Shown here piece after piece: positions 60,028 to 64,000 of a stretch of DNA of 64,000 nucleotides. Position numbers and translations under genes: made by a program. The stretch lies in assembly GCA_965202585.1 (NCBI GenBank), contig OZ241829.1, forward strand, positions 33,852,001 through 33,916,000. The letters run 5' to 3'. A model generated the notes under the pieces. That model did not search any database and was not told where the DNA came from. It was given only the letters and a program-made list of their open reading frames with translations. Numbering within the stretch: position 1 is the first letter of the stretch; the number at the start of each line of letters is the position of its first letter. The DNA is from Thalia democratica. Its lineage: Eukaryota.

Positions 60028-60759
60028 ATGAGACTCCCATTCTCAACTTTCTTGTTCAGAAAACAATTCAACTATGAAAAGGCATACAACTTGCAAAAGC
60101 TGTTAGTTGAAAGCAAGCTGAAAGCCACTGGGCCAACAAAGCCAATAGTGCTGCTCGTGGAGCATTCCCCAGTGTACACCATAGGCAGAAGAAGTCACCT
60201 TTACAACGAGGCTGAAGAAAAGAGGCTAAATGATCTTGGAGCTGACTTCTTTCGAGCGGACAGAGGAGGCTTGATCACTTTCCACGGACCAGGTCAGCTG
60301 GTTGCTTACCCAATATTCAGTTTGGACGAGCAGAGGTATGGGGTTAAAACATACGTGGACATGCTGGAAGAAACAATAATTTCCTTGCTTCACAAACAGT
60401 TCAATATCAAAGGTGAAAGGTCCCCTCACACAGGTGTTTGGGTGGGAAACAACAAGATTTGTGCTATGGGAATAAGTGTGCACAGGCAGAAAAAAGTTGT
60501 TTCTCATGGTCTTGCTCTCAATTGCAACACCGACATGAAGTGGTTTTCTCACATAGTTGCTTGTGGTATACACGGGAAAGGTGTTACTTCCTTATCTATA
60601 GAAAAAGATTTTAATGTATCATTATTAGATGTTGTTGATCCTTTTGTTCAAAGTTTTGAAAGCATTTTTAAATGGGAATCTCAGAACAAAACTGTTGAGC
60701 TGGACTCAAATTTAGACAACTTGGAAATTTTAGACATTATATCAAAACGCATTAGCTAG
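60028..60759 (+). CDS. LIPT2: Octanoyl-[ACP]:protein N-octanoyltransferase (lipoyltransferase 2, LipB family), single exon, 243 aa
   Basis: LipB motifs: LLVEHSPVYTIGRR, DRGGLITFHGPGQLVAYPI, TGVWVGNNKICAMG, SHGLALNC, WFSHIVACG..GVTSL. Confidence 0.95.
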   Translation: MRLPFSTFLFRKQFNYEKAYNLQKLLVESKLKATGPTKPIVLLVEHSPVYTIGRRSHLYNEAEEKRLNDLGADFFRADRGGLITFHGPGQLVAYPIFSLDEQRYGVKTYVDMLEETIISLLHKQFNIKGERSPHTGVWVGNNKICAMGISVHRQKKVVSHGLALNCNTDMKWFSHIVACGIHGKGVTSLSIEKDFNVSLLDVVDPFVQSFESIFKWESQNKTVELDSNLDNLEILDIISKRIS

Positions 60760-61270
60760 AACCTATTGTTATTATTCAATCATAAATACTTTGATGAAAA
60801 GTTGCTAGACTTTAACTTGAGAATATTAAACTTATTTATGTTATATAAAATATGCTTAAAGCATGGCTACTTTAAGCTTTACAGTTGTTTTTTATTAAGT
60901 TTTTTATTTTTTTTAGTTTTTGTATTGACTCTCATTTATTAAATATATAGATACCTTAAAAATGATTTAGTTCTGTTAGTCAAAATAATAATTTAAAAAT
61001 TTAAAGTTGTTATGTATATTAAAGAAATTAAGTTAAAATAAGAATAAGTATTCATCAATAAACTAATTATTTTCTACTTATCTTTCATAACCCATTTTTA
61101 TGAAGTTAATTTATTAGTGTTTAGTATATAGAAAATTTTGTTTCTTTAGTTATTAAAATTAGACATCTTTGACGATTAGGAAATTTTACTACACCTTCTG
61201 AAGAACTAAATCATGTTTTTCAGTTCTACTTAAAAGTTATAGAAAATTACTTTTATTGCATGCAACCATA

Positions 61271-61296
61271 ATTAAATAAAACTACTCAGGTTAAAT
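61271..61296 (+). promoter_or_regulatory. Candidate poly(A) signal plus trans-splice acceptor between LIPT2 and TMEM67
   Basis: AATAAA at 61275-61280, CTCAG ending at 61289, ATG at 61297. Confidence 0.4.
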
Positions 61297-63538
61297 ATGA
61301 AATGTAGTCACAAAAACTCGAAGTTTCTGATAAAAGTATTATTTTTATCATTAACCCTGATAACACCAATATGTAAAGGCCAGCAGTATTCTTTTCGATT
61401 CACGCAATCAAGCGATTGCAATGCAACAAATTTCTACAATCCAGCGACATTTCAGTGTGAAAATTGTCCTATAGCAAACACATTACCCGTGACTGATAGT
61501 TAGTACTTTTAATAGAATTAACTTCTTTATATTTAGTTTTTACAATTTCAATGAGGGCTTGAGTCTATTGAGTTTTTAAGATTTCAATGAAAACATTTAT
61601 GGTTTGATGATCCAAGTAGTATGATCAAAATTTAATCTTAACTTTAGCTTTTTTCACAGCCTTTTAATGTTCAGACTTTGGCTCTGATGGCTTTGCCCTA
61701 TGTTTTCTACTTGGTATATACTTTAAGCTTTCAAATAAGAAACAATAAAAATTTTCCTTCTAAATATGTTGTGAACTTTTTAAATCCTAATTTTTTTTTT
61801 TAAATTTTGTATTGTTTCAATAGTATTAATTTAATCAACTTCAATTTATTTCAAATTAAATAAACTTATCTAAAATTTATTGCTAAATGATTTTAATTAT
61901 AGTTTTTTATAATCATTTACTTTACGTTTGTATTCTTATTTAATTAAGTTTATAGTTGTTCTTGAAATTGTATCTTTAAAATTATTATGTTAAAGTTGTA
62001 AAGACTTTTAGTTTTTATATTATGCTAAGTTTTTATGTTATTTTAAATACTCAAACTCATGTTTATAGAGTCAAGATGTGAGTGTCAAGGAAATGCGAAA
62101 ACAAATTTTGAACCAATTTATGACGGGTTAGGAGTGAGGCAGCTTTTTTCTTGTACCCCTTGTTCTACTGGACAAGTATGATAGTTTTTTACGGTTGAAA
62201 ATATATAGTTTTATATAAAAAAAATTTCAATGAAAATGATTTTTTTTTATCATTAAAGAAAAGCTTTTATTTTTTAGTAAATTTTGATATTTTAATATGT
62301 TTGAATGCATAATCTGTATTAAAGGTATGTCTATGAATTTGTTACTAAGATATATTTATAACTTATAAACATTTTTTTCGTAAAAATTTTGTTTTTTAAA
62401 ATTATTTTTGTTTAGCAATAACATAAGTAAAACTAAAAAATTAAATATTAAGGTAGTGTCCAGAGATAAAACTGAATGCATTATCCCAGCTATTTGTACA
62501 AATGATCAAAGTTTAGGTGAGACTTGCTTTATTTTGATTAATCTAAATATTGTTTTAGTTCATTGATTCATTCAAAAATTTATTATTCGTTGTTATGAAG
62601 TTTTTAAACTTGAATAAAATCTCCAGGGTGTAATAACTTTGATATTTAGGGAGTATTTTTATAAATTTAAAGCTAAAAATTTAAATTTACAGGTTAATTT
62701 TAAGTGGAATGAATTTCATAAATATTAATTAAAAATGTTGTATGTTTACATCTAAACTATTAAAATATTCAAGTGAGTTTTTATTTATTGTTGTTGACAC
62801 AGTTGAAAGGCTTGATAATGGGACCGCTCTGACAACAGCGTTTTGTGAGTCTTGCACTTCTGATACAGGCGACCTCGGTGAAACTTCCAACTCAGCGTTT
62901 GTTTTTACCACTTGACAATTTTTTATTTGAGTTTTATAAAATAGTATTCAATAAAACCAAGCTTTAAAAATAAACCCAATAGTAAAGTACGATTGTTCAG
63001 AAAACTGATATCAGTAGCAAACTATGGATAATTTATCTTCTGTCCATTTTCACAGGTGCACGTTTTGTCAAACTTGTGGCTGCACCCAAATAAAAGATGA
63101 AGTTTGTATTAACCCATCAATAACACCTGACTTATACCAACCTCTTGTTAGTTTTAATAAATTACTTGAAACTATTTTAACATTGTGCCTAAATGTAGTA
63201 TTCTTTATAGTAAGTTCTACAACTTGAGTTTTACCACTATTTATTAAAGGTAAGCTGTTTTTGAATATAAAAATATATTTTATAACTTTTGTTTGTATAG
63301 TTAATTATTTCATTATAATTATCTTTTTTTGTTTCATTAAAGTAGGTGAATTTAGTTTTTTAGTGCTCAAATTAACTTCATTTTTAAAGTCTACTTGTTT
63401 ATTTTACTTGAAAACAAAATTGCTATATATTAAATTATTGTATTGGCAGTAAAAAGCTAAATTTTTTTTAATAATGTTTAGAAATCTTGGTGGCAACGTA
63501 CAAAAGGATTAGCAGCATTCTATGGCTGTAATGCACTT
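61297..63538 (+). CDS. TMEM67: Meckelin (TMEM67), exons 1-6; gene continues beyond the window
   Basis: Exons 61297-61498 (signal peptide plus QYSFRFTQSSDCNATNFYNPATFQCENC), 62069-62175 (SRCECQG..CTPC), 62453-62516, 62803-62896 (VERLDNGTALTTAFCESC), 63056-63146, 63482-63538 (SWWQRTKGLAAFYGC). GT-AG introns in frame. The Cys-rich pattern matches the meckelin N-terminal extracellular domain. Confidence 0.85.
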
Positions 63539-63886
63539 GTTAGTTTTTTTATAAGCTTTTATTAACATATCAAAACTGTTAGTACTGAACTGAAAAAAAA
63601 TGTACAAATGTTTACACTGTAAGATTATTAAATTACTTATTACAACACTATGGGCATAGTTAGGGTTCCAAGTAATATTTACGAAAAATATTAAAACTTT
63701 GCAGTTTTTTTTTGATTAAATTAAAGTTTCATATACAAACCTTTTGAGTGTAATTTTTTCTAGTTTTATCAAAAATTAGAAAGTTAAAAAGTCTTTTTTT
63801 AATGTTTTTTTGCTAAGTTCCTAACAGTTTCAACATTCTTTTTCATGATTAAGAATATTGTTAATAAGAAATAGAATTTTAATGTG

Positions 63887-64000
63887 CAAGGTTGCCAAAA
63901 AGTCTGGAATCCTAGAAAAACCTGGAACTTGAGAAAGTTTAAAAAATAATAGAAAAACCTAAAATTTCGAACAAAATTATTAAAAATATGGAAAACTAGG
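63887..64000. mobile_element. Left end of a CAGGGTTGCCA-family MITE, truncated by the window edge
   Basis: CAAGGTTGCCA..CCTGGAACTTGAGAAA resembles the 5' part of 2164-2494. Confidence 0.5.

Overview
AT-rich, intron-rich animal genomic DNA. It is probably an invertebrate chordate such as a tunicate; this is inferred from a vertebrate-like ephrin-B N-terminus, a multi-exon GT10 fucosyltransferase and an operon-like gene pair, and it cannot be proven from this window. I assembled four protein-coding genes by hand from splice sites and reading phase. (1) A minus-strand alpha-1,3-fucosyltransferase (GT10) starts at ATG 17136 with nine core exons. It appears to continue past the catalytic domain through seven small exons (12-84 nt) and possibly a terminal RSDxYN-repeat exon at ~4 kb. 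(2) A minus-strand five-exon ephrin-B (44463-33934, 385 aa) has a non-canonical cytoplasmic tail and CpG-retaining non-coding islands in and around it. (3) LIPT2 is intronless (60028-60759). (4) The first six exons of TMEM67/meckelin start at 61297 and may be co-transcribed with LIPT2. The rest is non-coding and carries decayed LINEs (three CR1/L2-like relics and an RTE element in two oppositely oriented parts), hAT-like and Tc1/mariner-like MITEs, a structured SINE-like repeat (6 copies) and local tandem duplications. No rRNA, tRNA or CRISPR array was recognised. All homology calls come from motif recognition by eye; no database search was run.
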